Virus record (IMG/VR): IMGVR_UViG_3300012964_000005
Span: 1-55,569 of that record
Direction: 5' to 3' (one strand)
Source: a virus
Taxonomy: Duplodnaviria > Caudoviricetes
Length of the DNA: 55,569 bases
The first letter of the stretch is position 1, and each line of letters starts with the position of its first letter. The notes below the pieces were generated by a model. The model had not been told where the DNA came from and made no database searches. It saw only the letters and a program-made list of their open reading frames with translations. The translations under genes were made by a program, and so were the position numbers. Positions 17,088 through 26,799 of this stretch are shown piece by piece.

Positions 17088-17666
17088 GTGGCCGACCTTT
17101 CGATTGACCCGCAACAGTATGACTCGCGGTCTCAGTCGGCCCTCGATGACGCGCTGAAGACGGTCAATGAGACTTACCCGGCAATCAGCGGTCTGGGCCT
17201 GAAGGTCCAGCCGGATCAGGGACCGGGTTTTGCTGAGACGTATTCGGCCACGGAAGAACGCAACCCGAATTTCGGCACCCCGACCGTCGGTGTCCGCAAA
17301 TCGGACATGAGCCCGCAGCAGTTGAAGCAGCTTTTGCTGGGCGAGAGCCTGCACATTCTGCCTGAGGTTGATAAGCGTTTCGACGTCATGCGTTCGCAGT
17401 TCGTTGCGTCCATGCAGCCATCGCAGATGAAGGTGGCGCAAAAGATGTACGACCAGCGCGAGCCCGACGACAAGCGCAGTTTCAGTCAATACGTGCGCGA
17501 TGTCGTCGCGCCGGCATTCATTCGCGATTACGTGTGGAAGAACACGGGCGGCACCCCCGGAGGCGAGCCGTTCGTGCAAGGCGTCGGGCCGATATCAGAC
17601 GCTTTCTTCCCGCAAAACCTTCCAGCGCTCGACGGCATTCTGAAGGCGCTGAAGTCGAAGAAATAG
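17088..17666 (+). CDS. hypothetical protein
   Basis: AAGGA RBS; GTG start. Confidence 0.65.
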   Translation: MADLSIDPQQYDSRSQSALDDALKTVNETYPAISGLGLKVQPDQGPGFAETYSATEERNPNFGTPTVGVRKSDMSPQQLKQLLLGESLHILPEVDKRFDVMRSQFVASMQPSQMKVAQKMYDQREPDDKRSFSQYVRDVVAPAFIRDYVWKNTGGTPGGEPFVQGVGPISDAFFPQNLPALDGILKALKSKK

Positions 17667-17682
17667 CACGGAAGGATAACGC

Positions 17683-18597
17683 ATGGCTGATGCTCCAGCC
17701 CCAACACCCGCACCGACGCCCGATCCCACTCCCGCGCCGACACCGACGCCGGCCCCAACGCCCGCGCCCGACCCGGCTCCGACACCGGCGCCCGTCGCCG
17801 AATGGCGCACGCAGATCAAGGACGAGGAAGCGCGCAAGTTCGCCGAGGACTCGACCGACGTCGATCATCTGGCCCGCCGCGCGCTCGGCATGCGCAAGCA
17901 GCTCGCCAACGCGCTGGTCGTGCCGGGCAAGGATGCCACGCCGGAACAGGTTTCGGCCTACCGCGCCAAGATCGGCGTGCCGGACAAGGCTGAAGCCTAC
18001 GCCGAAGCGTTCCCCACTCCGGAGGGCCGGGAATTCACCGACGGCGAGAAGGCCAGCAACGCGGCGTGGATGAAGCGCTTCCATGACCATAATGTCCCGC
18101 TCGCGACGGCCAAGGCGCTGATCGAGGATTTCCGCACCGACATCGCGTCCGAGCAGGCGAACATCGTCAAGGCCGACCAGGAATTCGCCGCCGAGGCGGA
18201 TCGCCAGCTTCGGGCGCAGTGGGCCGCCGACTACGAGGCGAACAAGACGCACGCCAACCGCGCGGTGCAGGCATTCGCCGACAAGGCCGGCGTCGACTTC
18301 GAAGAACTCAAGCACATGGAGACCAAGGAAGGCCGGTTCATCCTCGATGATCCGCGCATCCTGCGCATGTTCGCCACCGCCGGCCGCGAGATGAGCGAGG
18401 GCAGCCTCGGCCCGGCGCTGACCGAGGCGCAGCGCAACGACATCGACGCGCAGATCACGCGCGCCCGCGAGGGTTCCGCCGCCGCCAAGGCCAAGGGCGA
18501 TAGTCGCGAGGCGAACCGGCTGTATCAGGTCGAGCAGTCGCTGATCGCGAAGAAGAACGGCAACCAGAGCATCGTCGGCGCCGGTCGCGCCGCCTGA
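17683..18597 (+). CDS. capsid scaffolding/assembly protein
   Basis: N-terminal PAPTP repeats, VVPGKDA...IGVPDK..AY, LRAQWAADYEAN; lies before the capsid gene. Confidence 0.8.
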   Translation: MADAPAPTPAPTPDPTPAPTPTPAPTPAPDPAPTPAPVAEWRTQIKDEEARKFAEDSTDVDHLARRALGMRKQLANALVVPGKDATPEQVSAYRAKIGVPDKAEAYAEAFPTPEGREFTDGEKASNAAWMKRFHDHNVPLATAKALIEDFRTDIASEQANIVKADQEFAAEADRQLRAQWAADYEANKTHANRAVQAFADKAGVDFEELKHMETKEGRFILDDPRILRMFATAGREMSEGSLGPALTEAQRNDIDAQITRAREGSAAAKAKGDSREANRLYQVEQSLIAKKNGNQSIVGAGRAA

Positions 18598-18619
18598 GTT
18601 TCACCAATCGCCGAACGCA

Positions 18620-18765
18620 CGGCTCGCCGCAAGGTCCCGAGCGAAAGGCCCAACTCCGCATCTCCAAAGTCCCTGACGGTCTGAAGCGGCCCCGCAAGGC
18701 TCGCCGCCAGACGGCCCGATGGCTCGCAGAGGGCATGCATTCCTCAACTGTAACAGAGGGATGGC
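18620..18765 (+). promoter_or_regulatory. structured 5' leader of the capsid gene
   Basis: Two CC-GCAA-GG-capped stems; hairpin CATTCCTC/GAGGGATG covers the RBS. Confidence 0.5.
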
Positions 18766-18771
18766 ATAGCC

Positions 18772-19662
18772 ATGTCCACTTCAATCGATACCGCTTTCAT
18801 CACCTCGTATGAGGCGATGGTCCACCAAGTCTTCCAGCGTCAGGGCGCCTATCTCAAGGAGGCCGTGCGCCAGAAGACCGACGTCATCGGCTCCACGGCC
18901 GTATTCCAGAAGATCGGCAAGGGCACGGCCACGACCAAGTCGCGGCACGGCACGATCACGCCGATGAACCAGAACCACACCGCGCCGAGCTGCACCCTCG
19001 CCGACTTCTACGCTGGCGACTGGGTGGACAAGCTCGACGAGGCCAAGACCAACATCAACGAGCGCGACGCGATCGCGTCGGGCGGTGCCATGGCCCTCGG
19101 CCGCAAGGTCGACGACCAGATCACCACCGTGCTCGACACGACCACGCAGACCGTCGTCACGGTCACGGTCACGTCCAAGGCCGCGATCCTCGCCGGGCTG
19201 CTGTCGTGGGTCGAGGCCGTGTGGGCCAACGACGTGCCGAACGACGGCAATGTGTTCGCCGTCATGACGCCCCGCCTGTGGTCGCAGGCGATGCTGCTCG
19301 ACCAGTTCCAGCGCGAGGAATACGTCCGCGCCGACGGCCAGGCATTCGTGTCCGGTCCGGCCATGGGCACGCGCTGGAAGTCCTGGATGGGCGTCAAGTG
19401 GAAGATGCAGACGGGTCTGCCCGGCGCCGCATCGGCCACGGCCAAGGGCTGGGTCTGGCACAACCAGTCTGTCGGCTACGCGGTCGCAGCCTCTGCCGGC
19501 AACATCGCCGGCAATCAGGCGGTCGCCGCCGACATCACCTGGCACGGCGACCGCGCCTCGTACTGGGTCAACCACTTCATGTCGGGCCAGGCCGTCATGA
19601 TCGATGACACGGGCGTCATCGAGGAAAACCACAACGACACGACTGCGGTCGCCACGTCGTAA
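18772..19662 (+). CDS. major capsid protein
   Basis: MSTSIDTAFI..Y...VHQVFQRQG..L, WVDKLDE, ALGRKVDDQI, GQAVMIDDTGV; position. Confidence 0.9.
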   Translation: MSTSIDTAFITSYEAMVHQVFQRQGAYLKEAVRQKTDVIGSTAVFQKIGKGTATTKSRHGTITPMNQNHTAPSCTLADFYAGDWVDKLDEAKTNINERDAIASGGAMALGRKVDDQITTVLDTTTQTVVTVTVTSKAAILAGLLSWVEAVWANDVPNDGNVFAVMTPRLWSQAMLLDQFQREEYVRADGQAFVSGPAMGTRWKSWMGVKWKMQTGLPGAASATAKGWVWHNQSVGYAVAASAGNIAGNQAVAADITWHGDRASYWVNHFMSGQAVMIDDTGVIEENHNDTTAVATS

Positions 19663-19677
19663 CCGGAGGGCAGAATC

Positions 19678-20007
19678 ATGGCTTTCGATGCAACCAAGCT
19701 CATCAACGTCACGTGCTTGTCTCCGGGGCGGAATATCTATCTGTACGACACCACGGATCATCCGGATGTCGTGGAGGCGGCGAACTACATCAACAACGTC
19801 ACCAATGTGACCAGCCTCGCGAAGGGCGACCTCATCTTTAGCACCACATGGTCGGCCACGCCGTTCGCGGCGGCTTCTACCATCAGTCAGTTCAAGGCGT
19901 TCAAGGTCACGAACGTGATTGCCAATGACGCGGCGGCTTCGGCTGGCGCGGTCAACCTGGCGGAAGTCCTGATCAGCTCCTCCGGCGCGCTGTCGTCCGG
20001 CACGTAA
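19678..20007 (+). CDS. probable capsid decoration protein
   Basis: Small Ser/Thr/Ala-rich protein directly after the capsid gene; GGAGG RBS. Confidence 0.65.
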   Translation: MAFDATKLINVTCLSPGRNIYLYDTTDHPDVVEAANYINNVTNVTSLAKGDLIFSTTWSATPFAAASTISQFKAFKVTNVIANDAAASAGAVNLAEVLISSSGALSSGT

Positions 20008-20016
20008 GCGTAGTCC

Positions 20017-20586
20017 ATGCGTACCGGGAAGGGCGGGGGTGTTGCATCCCCGCCCTGGCCCGCCCGGCATCATGGTCCCGTTCTGGTCTGCGGGAATGCG
20101 TGGTGCCTGCACGACGATGTCGAACGCGCCCGGAAGATATACCCGGACGCGGCCGTTATCGCCGTCAACGGGGCTTCACGGGAAATCGAAGCCTTCGCGC
20201 TGTTCTCGCAGCATCCGGAGCGGTTCGTCTCGCACCGCTGGATCGAGTGGCAGCGCAAGCGGCACGAGGCGTTCACGGTCCACGGCTGCAAATTCCGGCC
20301 TGATATGCCATGGGTCGATCATTGGTGGGAAGATGCCCGCGGCGGCGGATCGAGCGCATGGGGCGCGCGCAAGGTCGCCGGGCTGATGGGCTTCGATCCG
20401 GTGATCCTGTGCGGTGCGCCGCTGCTGCCCGGCAACTACGCGGGGCACCGGCCGGGCGTGCTGATGACCGATGATCGCGTGGTCTCGACCTACCGGGCGC
20501 AGATCGAAAAAGATGCGGACTGGCACATAGGATGTTATTCTATGTCGGGCTGGACCAGAGACCAGTTTGGAGAACCGCGCCAATGA
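20017..20586 (+). CDS. DUF115/Maf-like (sialyltransferase-type fold) putative glycosyltransferase
   Basis: VLVCGNAWCL...VIAVN...GGSSAWGA..VA..MGFDPVILCG. Confidence 0.55.
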   Translation: MRTGKGGGVASPPWPARHHGPVLVCGNAWCLHDDVERARKIYPDAAVIAVNGASREIEAFALFSQHPERFVSHRWIEWQRKRHEAFTVHGCKFRPDMPWVDHWWEDARGGGSSAWGARKVAGLMGFDPVILCGAPLLPGNYAGHRPGVLMTDDRVVSTYRAQIEKDADWHIGCYSMSGWTRDQFGEPRQ

Positions 20587-20867
20587 ACCGCCGTCAGTTC
20601 CTTGTGATGACAGCCGCCACGCTCGGCGCCGTTGCAGTAATCGGGGACGCTGCGGCCGGCATGTCTGACAAGCCGTGGAAGGGTTATTACGTCAGCGATT
20701 TCACCGAGACAGAAATAGACGGCCACGTGACAAACGTTGCCCGTGACTCGTTTCGTCACGCAATGAAGACGCGCGGTCTGACGGAAATCCGCGCTGTGGA
20801 ATATTACCGAGACTGGAACGACAGAATGGGCATTTGGTGCCATCTCTGGCTGGCTGAAATGCGTTGA
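20583..20867 (+). CDS. hypothetical protein with twin-arginine-like N-terminus
   Basis: MNRRQFLVMTAATLGAVAV. Confidence 0.6.
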   Translation: MNRRQFLVMTAATLGAVAVIGDAAAGMSDKPWKGYYVSDFTETEIDGHVTNVARDSFRHAMKTRGLTEIRAVEYYRDWNDRMGIWCHLWLAEMR

Positions 20868-21487
20868 CGCTGACCGTCGCCTGCGTGCTTGCCACAGGCA
20901 TATTCAAAGGCCGGAGCTATCAACCGGAGCACGTCGACCGTCTGCACGCGATGGTTCGTGAACATCTTTCAATGCCGTTCGATTTCGCCTGCTTCAGCAA
21001 CGTTCGCGACCTTGGGTCGGAATATCAAATTTTCCCGCTTTTGGAAGTGTGGAACGGCTGGTGGCATAAAATCGAGATGTTCCGGCGCAACGCTCTACAC
21101 GGTCGCGTGCTCTATCTCGACCTTGATGTAACGGTCGTCGGATTACTGGATGATCTTGTCCTGTTCCCGGCGCCCTTCGTCGCGATCAGCGATTGGCATA
21201 GCGGAGGCATTAATTCTTCCGTGATGGCATGGAACGCCGATGCTTATTACCACGTGCATGAGCGGTTCAACTTCAATCAAGAGTGTCGTCGCTCCGGCGA
21301 TCAGGATTGGATTGACGCCGTGGTTCCGGAAGCCGCTCGGTTTCCGACCGAATGGTGCCTTTCGTATAAGCACGATGTGCGCGGCGGTCACCAAGGCCCG
21401 GATGCGCGGGTGATCGTGTATCACGGATTTCCGAAGCCTTGGGACGTGGAGGTCGGTAATCTGAAGGAGATGAAAAATGTCGTCTGA
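20864..21487 (+). CDS. GT-A fold glycosyltransferase (GT8-like)
   Basis: WWHKIEMF, LYLDLD, INSSVM, GDQDWI, YHGFPKPW. Confidence 0.85.
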   Translation: MTLTVACVLATGIFKGRSYQPEHVDRLHAMVREHLSMPFDFACFSNVRDLGSEYQIFPLLEVWNGWWHKIEMFRRNALHGRVLYLDLDVTVVGLLDDLVLFPAPFVAISDWHSGGINSSVMAWNADAYYHVHERFNFNQECRRSGDQDWIDAVVPEAARFPTEWCLSYKHDVRGGHQGPDARVIVYHGFPKPWDVEVGNLKEMKNVV

Positions 21488-21617
21488 GACACTCAAGGAA
21501 CGTCGCGAACGTATTGAGAAGGAAATCGAATCCGACGCGCCATGCCACTACATGGACCGGAAATGGACGGAGGAACAATTGGACTGGCTTCTCGGAAAAT
21601 TCGACGATGAAAAATGA
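21477..21617 (+). CDS. small hypothetical protein (46 aa)
   Basis: AAGGAG RBS; ATGA coupling to the next gene; not in the ORF track. Confidence 0.45.
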   Translation: MSSETLKERRERIEKEIESDAPCHYMDRKWTEEQLDWLLGKFDDEK

Positions 21618-23053
21618 CTGATCTTCTCGTTATCAACCCCGGCGGCGCCGAGACCATCTATCAGGGTCTCGCCGACGAACTGATCGCGGTCGAGCCGCCG
21701 CTGTGGTGCCGGCTGATCGCGGGATATGTTCGCGATTGGGGCTGGTCGGTACGGATTCTCGACGCGGCAGCCGAGCGGCTGGGGCCGGAAGATGTCGCGG
21801 TCATGGCGGCGAACAACCGGCCCCGGCTGATCTGCGTCGCCGCTTACGGCCACCAGCCCAACGCCTCTACGCATACCATGCCGGAGACCATCGCCGTCTG
21901 CCGCGCACTCAAGAAACGCTCGCCAACGACGCCGGTCATCATCGTCGGCGGTCACGTCGCGGCGCTCCCCGACCAGTCGCTGGTCGATACCGGCGCCGAT
22001 TACGCCTGCTCGGGCGAAGGTCCGGTCACGGTGGAACGACTGCTCGGCATGCTCAAGGGCGGCATCTTCCGCGACTACGTTCTCGGGCTGGTGTGGAAGG
22101 GCGGACGCAACGGCCCGGCGCCGCTGATCGAGAACATGCAGGCGCTGCACGGCAACGCCTGGGACCTGCTGCCGATGGCGAAATACCGCGCCCACAACTG
22201 GCAGTGCTTCGGCGATCTCGGCACGCGCCAGCCCTACGCCTCGATCTATACGTCGTTGGGCTGTCCGTTCAAATGCTCGTTCTGCTGCATCAATGCGCCG
22301 TTCGGCGGTCCCGGATATCGCATGAGAGACCCGGCCGACGTGGTGGCCGAAGTGGCGATGTTGCATGACGAGTACGGCGTCTCGACGTTCAAGATCGTCG
22401 ACGAGATGTTCGTGCTCAACCCGAAGCATTACGGCGCGATCTGCGAGGGGCTGGCGGCGCTTCCCTATGCCGCCGATCTCAATATCTGGGCCTATGCCCG
22501 GATCGATACGGTGAAGGCCGGCAAGCTCGATCTGCTGCGCCGCGCCGGCATCCGCTGGCTGGCGCTCGGCATCGAATCCGGCTCGGCGCATGTGCGCGAC
22601 GGGGCGGAGAAGTCGTTCGGCGACGACGATATCCGGACCACGGTGAAGGCGATCCAGGACGCCGGGATCAACGTCATCGGCAACTTCATCTTCGGCCTGC
22701 CGGACGATACGTGGGAGTCGATGCGGGCGACGCTCGATCTCGCGCTGTCCCTGCGTTGCGAGTTCGCCAACTTCTATTCCGCCATGGCCTATCCCGGCTC
22801 CGCCTTGTACGCGCAGGCCAAATCGGAAGACCTCCCCGCCTCATGGGCCGGCTATTCGCAGCACGGCTTCGACACCCGGCCGCTGCCGACCGCCACGCTG
22901 TCATCGCTGGACGTGCTCGGCTTCCGCGACCGGGCGTTCATCGAATACTTCTCCGACCCGGCCTATCTCGACATGGTGGGTGCCAAGTTCGGACCGGAGA
23001 CCCGCGCGCATGTCGAGCGCATGGCCGCACGCCGGTTGCAGCGCGCCGCCTGA
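21614..23053 (+). CDS. cobalamin-binding radical SAM protein
   Basis: EPPLW/GGHVAALP/GEG B12-binding domain; SLGCPFKCSFC; DEMF; GIESGS; FIFGLPDDT. Confidence 0.92.
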   Translation: MTDLLVINPGGAETIYQGLADELIAVEPPLWCRLIAGYVRDWGWSVRILDAAAERLGPEDVAVMAANNRPRLICVAAYGHQPNASTHTMPETIAVCRALKKRSPTTPVIIVGGHVAALPDQSLVDTGADYACSGEGPVTVERLLGMLKGGIFRDYVLGLVWKGGRNGPAPLIENMQALHGNAWDLLPMAKYRAHNWQCFGDLGTRQPYASIYTSLGCPFKCSFCCINAPFGGPGYRMRDPADVVAEVAMLHDEYGVSTFKIVDEMFVLNPKHYGAICEGLAALPYAADLNIWAYARIDTVKAGKLDLLRRAGIRWLALGIESGSAHVRDGAEKSFGDDDIRTTVKAIQDAGINVIGNFIFGLPDDTWESMRATLDLALSLRCEFANFYSAMAYPGSALYAQAKSEDLPASWAGYSQHGFDTRPLPTATLSSLDVLGFRDRAFIEYFSDPAYLDMVGAKFGPETRAHVERMAARRLQRAA

Positions 23054-23067
23054 AAACAAGGAGCTTC

Positions 23068-24246
23068 ATGCAGGTAAAACTTCACAACCCGACATTCGGC
23101 GAGGAAGAAATCGCCGCCGTCGTCGAGGTGATGCGTTCGACCATGGTTACATCGGGCGCGAAGGTCCGGGCGTTCGAACAGGCGTTCCATCCCAACGCCG
23201 TAATGTGCAATTCGGGATCGTCGGCCAACCTGCTGGCGATTGCGGCGGCAACCAACCCGGTCATGCCGGACACGCTGCGGCCCGGCGACGAAGTGATCGT
23301 TTCCGCGCTGTCGTGGGCAACGACGGTCTGGCCGCTGGTACAGCATGGCCTTGTTCCGGTGATCGTCGATATCGACCCGGACACGCTGAATATCGATGTC
23401 AACAAGGTGATCGATGCGGCCGGAAAGCGGACACGTGCGATCATGCCGGTGCATGTCTATGGCAATCCGTGCGAACTCTCGCCTTTGACCATGATTGCGA
23501 ATGACCGCGACGCCTGCCTGATCGAGGATTGCTGCGAAGCTTTGGGCGCAACCTACGCAGGCGCTCCTGTCGGCTCCTTCGGTTCCTTTGGGACGTTCAG
23601 CTTCTATTTCTCACACCATATGACAACGCTTGAAGGCGGCATGGTGGTGACGTCGAGTCCGATATGGGCCGATCTGATCCGCTGTCTCCGTGCTCACGGC
23701 TGGACGCGTGAGATGGACGAACCGAAAGTCGAGAACGCGCAATATCCTGAAATTGACCCGCGCTTCCTGTTCGTCAACAGCGGCTACAACCTGCGCGCCA
23801 CCGAATGCCAGGGCGCGATGGGGTTGATCCAGCTCGGCAAGCTGGCCGGCTTCGTCGAGAAGCGGCGACATGCGGCGGAGATGTACAACGAGCGCTTCGG
23901 CCGTCATCGCCGATGGCTTCGGACGCAGAAGGAGACGCCGGGCGGCAAGTCGTCGTGGTTCTCCTATGCGATCATCGTCGAACCCGATGCACCGTTCACG
24001 GCCGCCGACCTGCGCAAGCATTTCGAGGCGGCCGGAATCGAAACGCGGGCGATCATCTGCGGCAACATCGCGGCTCAGCCGGCGATGAAGCTGTATCCCC
24101 ATCGGGTGCCGTTCCCGTTACCGCACGCCGATCATGTGATGCGCGCTGGCTTCTCCATCGGCTGCCATCAGGACGTGGACAGCGTGGCCGTCGCCCATGT
24201 CGGCGACACGCTGGACGATTTCATGCGCGCGCGAGGCTACGCTTGA
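23068..24246 (+). CDS. PLP-dependent DegT-family enzyme, ColD-like NDP-4-keto-6-deoxy-sugar 3-dehydratase
   Basis: NSGSSANLL, IEDCCEALG, FSFYFSHHMTTLEGG (His in place of the Schiff-base Lys), RAHGWTR, GYNLR. Confidence 0.85.
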   Translation: MQVKLHNPTFGEEEIAAVVEVMRSTMVTSGAKVRAFEQAFHPNAVMCNSGSSANLLAIAAATNPVMPDTLRPGDEVIVSALSWATTVWPLVQHGLVPVIVDIDPDTLNIDVNKVIDAAGKRTRAIMPVHVYGNPCELSPLTMIANDRDACLIEDCCEALGATYAGAPVGSFGSFGTFSFYFSHHMTTLEGGMVVTSSPIWADLIRCLRAHGWTREMDEPKVENAQYPEIDPRFLFVNSGYNLRATECQGAMGLIQLGKLAGFVEKRRHAAEMYNERFGRHRRWLRTQKETPGGKSSWFSYAIIVEPDAPFTAADLRKHFEAAGIETRAIICGNIAAQPAMKLYPHRVPFPLPHADHVMRAGFSIGCHQDVDSVAVAHVGDTLDDFMRARGYA

Positions 24247-25244
24247 CCCGCGCGCTGATCACCGGCGCCAGCGGGTTCGTCGGCAGTCACCTGGCGGAAT
24301 ACCTGATCGATAACACCGATTGGGATGTTTACGGCATGCTGCGGTGGAACGAACCCGCCGACAATCTGCAAAGCCTGATCCCGCTGGCCAACCGCAAGGA
24401 GCGGATGGCGTTCAGTTACGGCGATCTGCGTGACTCGTGGTCGATGAGCGATGTGGTCCGGGTGGTGCGCCCGGATTACGTATTCCACCTCGGGGCGCAG
24501 AGTTACCCGCAGACCAGCTTCGGCGCGGCCAACGACACGCTGGAGACGAACATCCAAGGCACGGTCAATCTGCTTGAGGCGGTGAAGCAGCACGCCCGCG
24601 GCGCATGGGTCCACGTCTGCTCCTCGTCCGAGGTCTACGGCCGGGCGAAGAAGGAACATCTGCCGATCACGGAGGATTGCCCGTTTTCGCCGGCGTCGCC
24701 CTATAGCGTCAGCAAGGCGGCGGCGGACATGATGGGACGACTCTACGCCGACGCCTACGGAATGCGCATCCTCGTCACCCGCATGTTCACCCACACCGGG
24801 GCAAGGCGCGGCGACGTGTTCGCGGAATCGTCGTTCGCCAAGCAGATCGCGATGATCGAGGCCGGGCAGATCGAGCCGGTGATCCGGGTCGGCAATCTCA
24901 ACTCGCTGCGCACCATCGCGGACGTGCGCGACGCCGTGCGGGCCTACCACATGCTGCTGACGGTCAACCCGCAGCCGGGGGAGGTCTACAACATCGGCGG
25001 CTCGCATAGTTGCACGGTCGGCGAAATCCTGAACGCCCTGTTGCGACTGTCGGGAGTCAAGGCCGAGGTCGTGGTCGATCCCGCCCGCATCCGTCCGGTG
25101 GATGCCGATCTTCAGGTGCCGGACTGCGGAAAGTTCATCCGGCACACCGGTTGGGTACCGTCGATCCCGTTCGAGGAAACGATGCAATCGCTGCTCGATC
25201 ACTGGCGGGCGATGGTGCGGAAAGGGGCATATCTGATCCGATGA
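24243..25244 (+). CDS. GDP-sugar 4,6-dehydratase (SDR), DmhA/WcbK-like GDP-manno-heptose type
   Basis: TTG start; ITGASGFVG, GMLRWNE, VHVCSSSEVYGR, YSVSK, THTGARRGDVFAESSFAKQIA, RPVDAD. Confidence 0.85.
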   Translation: MTRALITGASGFVGSHLAEYLIDNTDWDVYGMLRWNEPADNLQSLIPLANRKERMAFSYGDLRDSWSMSDVVRVVRPDYVFHLGAQSYPQTSFGAANDTLETNIQGTVNLLEAVKQHARGAWVHVCSSSEVYGRAKKEHLPITEDCPFSPASPYSVSKAAADMMGRLYADAYGMRILVTRMFTHTGARRGDVFAESSFAKQIAMIEAGQIEPVIRVGNLNSLRTIADVRDAVRAYHMLLTVNPQPGEVYNIGGSHSCTVGEILNALLRLSGVKAEVVVDPARIRPVDADLQVPDCGKFIRHTGWVPSIPFEETMQSLLDHWRAMVRKGAYLIR

Positions 25245-26221
25245 TCATCGTCCGTTCGCCATATCGCGTCAGCTTCTTCGGCGGCGGCACCGATTATCCC
25301 GGGTGGTATCGGGAGCACGGCGGGGCCGTTCTCACCTCGACGCTCGACAGCTACTGCTATCTGTCCCTCCGCAAGATGCCGGCCTTCCTCGGCACCAAGT
25401 ACCGGGTGTTCTGGTCGAAGATGGAAGCGGTCGACCGGCTGGAGGATATCCAGCACGCCGGGGTCCGGGGCTGCCTGAAGTATCTCGGGGTCGACGATGG
25501 CATCGAGGTCAACCACGCCGGCGATCTGCCGGCCCGTTCCGGGCTCGGCTCGTCGTCCGCCTTCACGGTCGGCATGCTGCACGCCCTGCACGCCCTGAAA
25601 GGCGAGCATGTCGGGCCCGGCCGGCTGGCGGCCGAAGCGGTCGATGTCGAGCAGAACGTCCTCGAGGAAACGGTCGGCATCCAGGACCAGATCGAGTGCG
25701 CCCATGGCGGGCTGAACCACATCACGATCCGGCCCGATGGCGAATATACGGTCTCGCCGGTCATCCTCAGGGACGGCATCCTGCGCGCGCTGGAAAGCCG
25801 GCTGATGCTGTTCTTCACCGGGCTGCAACGCCATGCCTCGGAGATCGCAAGCGCGCAGGTCACCAACGCGGGTGCCAAGGAACGCGAGCTGACGGCGATT
25901 GCCGGACTGGTACCGAAGGCGTTGGAAAGCCTGACCGGCGGTGACCTGGCACGGTTCGGCGAGCTGCTGCACGAAAGCTGGCTCCTGAAGCGCGAATTGT
26001 CGCCGCTGGTGAGCAATCCGCAGATCGACGGCATCTACCGCCGGGCACGGGAAGCGGGCGCCATCGGCGGCAAGGTGCTGGGCGCTGGCGGAGGCGGGTT
26101 CTTCCTGTTCTACGTCCCGCCGGGTTTGCAGCCGGCCGTCCGCGAGGCCCTGTCCGATCTGGTCGAAGCGCCGTTTCGGTTCGGCTCGGAAGGCTCGCGC
26201 GTGGTGCTGTACGAACCATGA
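25241..26221 (+). CDS. hddA: GHMP kinase, HddA-like D-glycero-D-manno-heptose-7-phosphate kinase
   Basis: RSPYRVSFFGGGTDYP, DLPARSGLGSSS, GIQDQ, GGKVLGAGGGGF. Confidence 0.85.
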   Translation: MIIVRSPYRVSFFGGGTDYPGWYREHGGAVLTSTLDSYCYLSLRKMPAFLGTKYRVFWSKMEAVDRLEDIQHAGVRGCLKYLGVDDGIEVNHAGDLPARSGLGSSSAFTVGMLHALHALKGEHVGPGRLAAEAVDVEQNVLEETVGIQDQIECAHGGLNHITIRPDGEYTVSPVILRDGILRALESRLMLFFTGLQRHASEIASAQVTNAGAKERELTAIAGLVPKALESLTGGDLARFGELLHESWLLKRELSPLVSNPQIDGIYRRAREAGAIGGKVLGAGGGGFFLFYVPPGLQPAVREALSDLVEAPFRFGSEGSRVVLYEP

Positions 26222-26799
26222 ATAAAGACGACCTGATCGCCTTTGAGGAAGACATTGCAGCCGAGTTTAACGCCGGCCGCATCCCGCATCCGGTGCATTT
26301 CAGCAACGGCAACGAGGACGCGCTGATCCGCATCTTCGCCGACGTGAAGCCGGACGACTGGGTGTGCTGTAGCTGGCGTTCTCATTACCAGTGCCTGCTC
26401 AAGGGCGTGCCGCCGGCGGACCTCAAGGCCGCGATCATGCGCGGCGAGTCCATCGCGCTGTGCTTTCCGGAACACCGCATTGTCTCGTCAGCCATCGTCG
26501 GCGGCATCCTGCCGATCGCGGTCGGGCTGGCTACGGCGATCAGGCGGGCGGGTGGACGCGAGCGTGTCCACTGCTTCCTTGGCGACATGACGGCCGAGAC
26601 CGGCATCGCGCACGAGAGCATGAAATATGCCCACGGCTACGTCCTGCCGATACGATTCATCGTCGAGGAAAACGGCCTGTCTGTCTGCACGCCGGTGGAT
26701 GCTGTCTGGCCGGTGCGGGCCGGTAACATCCCGGCACATCGTTACGGCTACATGTCGAAATATCCGCATGCCGGGTCGGGGAAGCGCATTGAGTTCTGA
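26218..26799 (+). CDS. short TPP-dependent E1-alpha-like subunit
   Basis: HFSNGNE, SWRSH, SAIVGG, GDMTAETG..HE, EENGLSV. Confidence 0.85.
   Translation: MNKDDLIAFEEDIAAEFNAGRIPHPVHFSNGNEDALIRIFADVKPDDWVCCSWRSHYQCLLKGVPPADLKAAIMRGESIALCFPEHRIVSSAIVGGILPIAVGLATAIRRAGGRERVHCFLGDMTAETGIAHESMKYAHGYVLPIRFIVEENGLSVCTPVDAVWPVRAGNIPAHRYGYMSKYPHAGSGKRIEF

Noticed and set aside
17692-17795. PAPTP repeat as a separate repeat element
   Set aside because: Low-complexity N-terminal linker typical of scaffolding proteins
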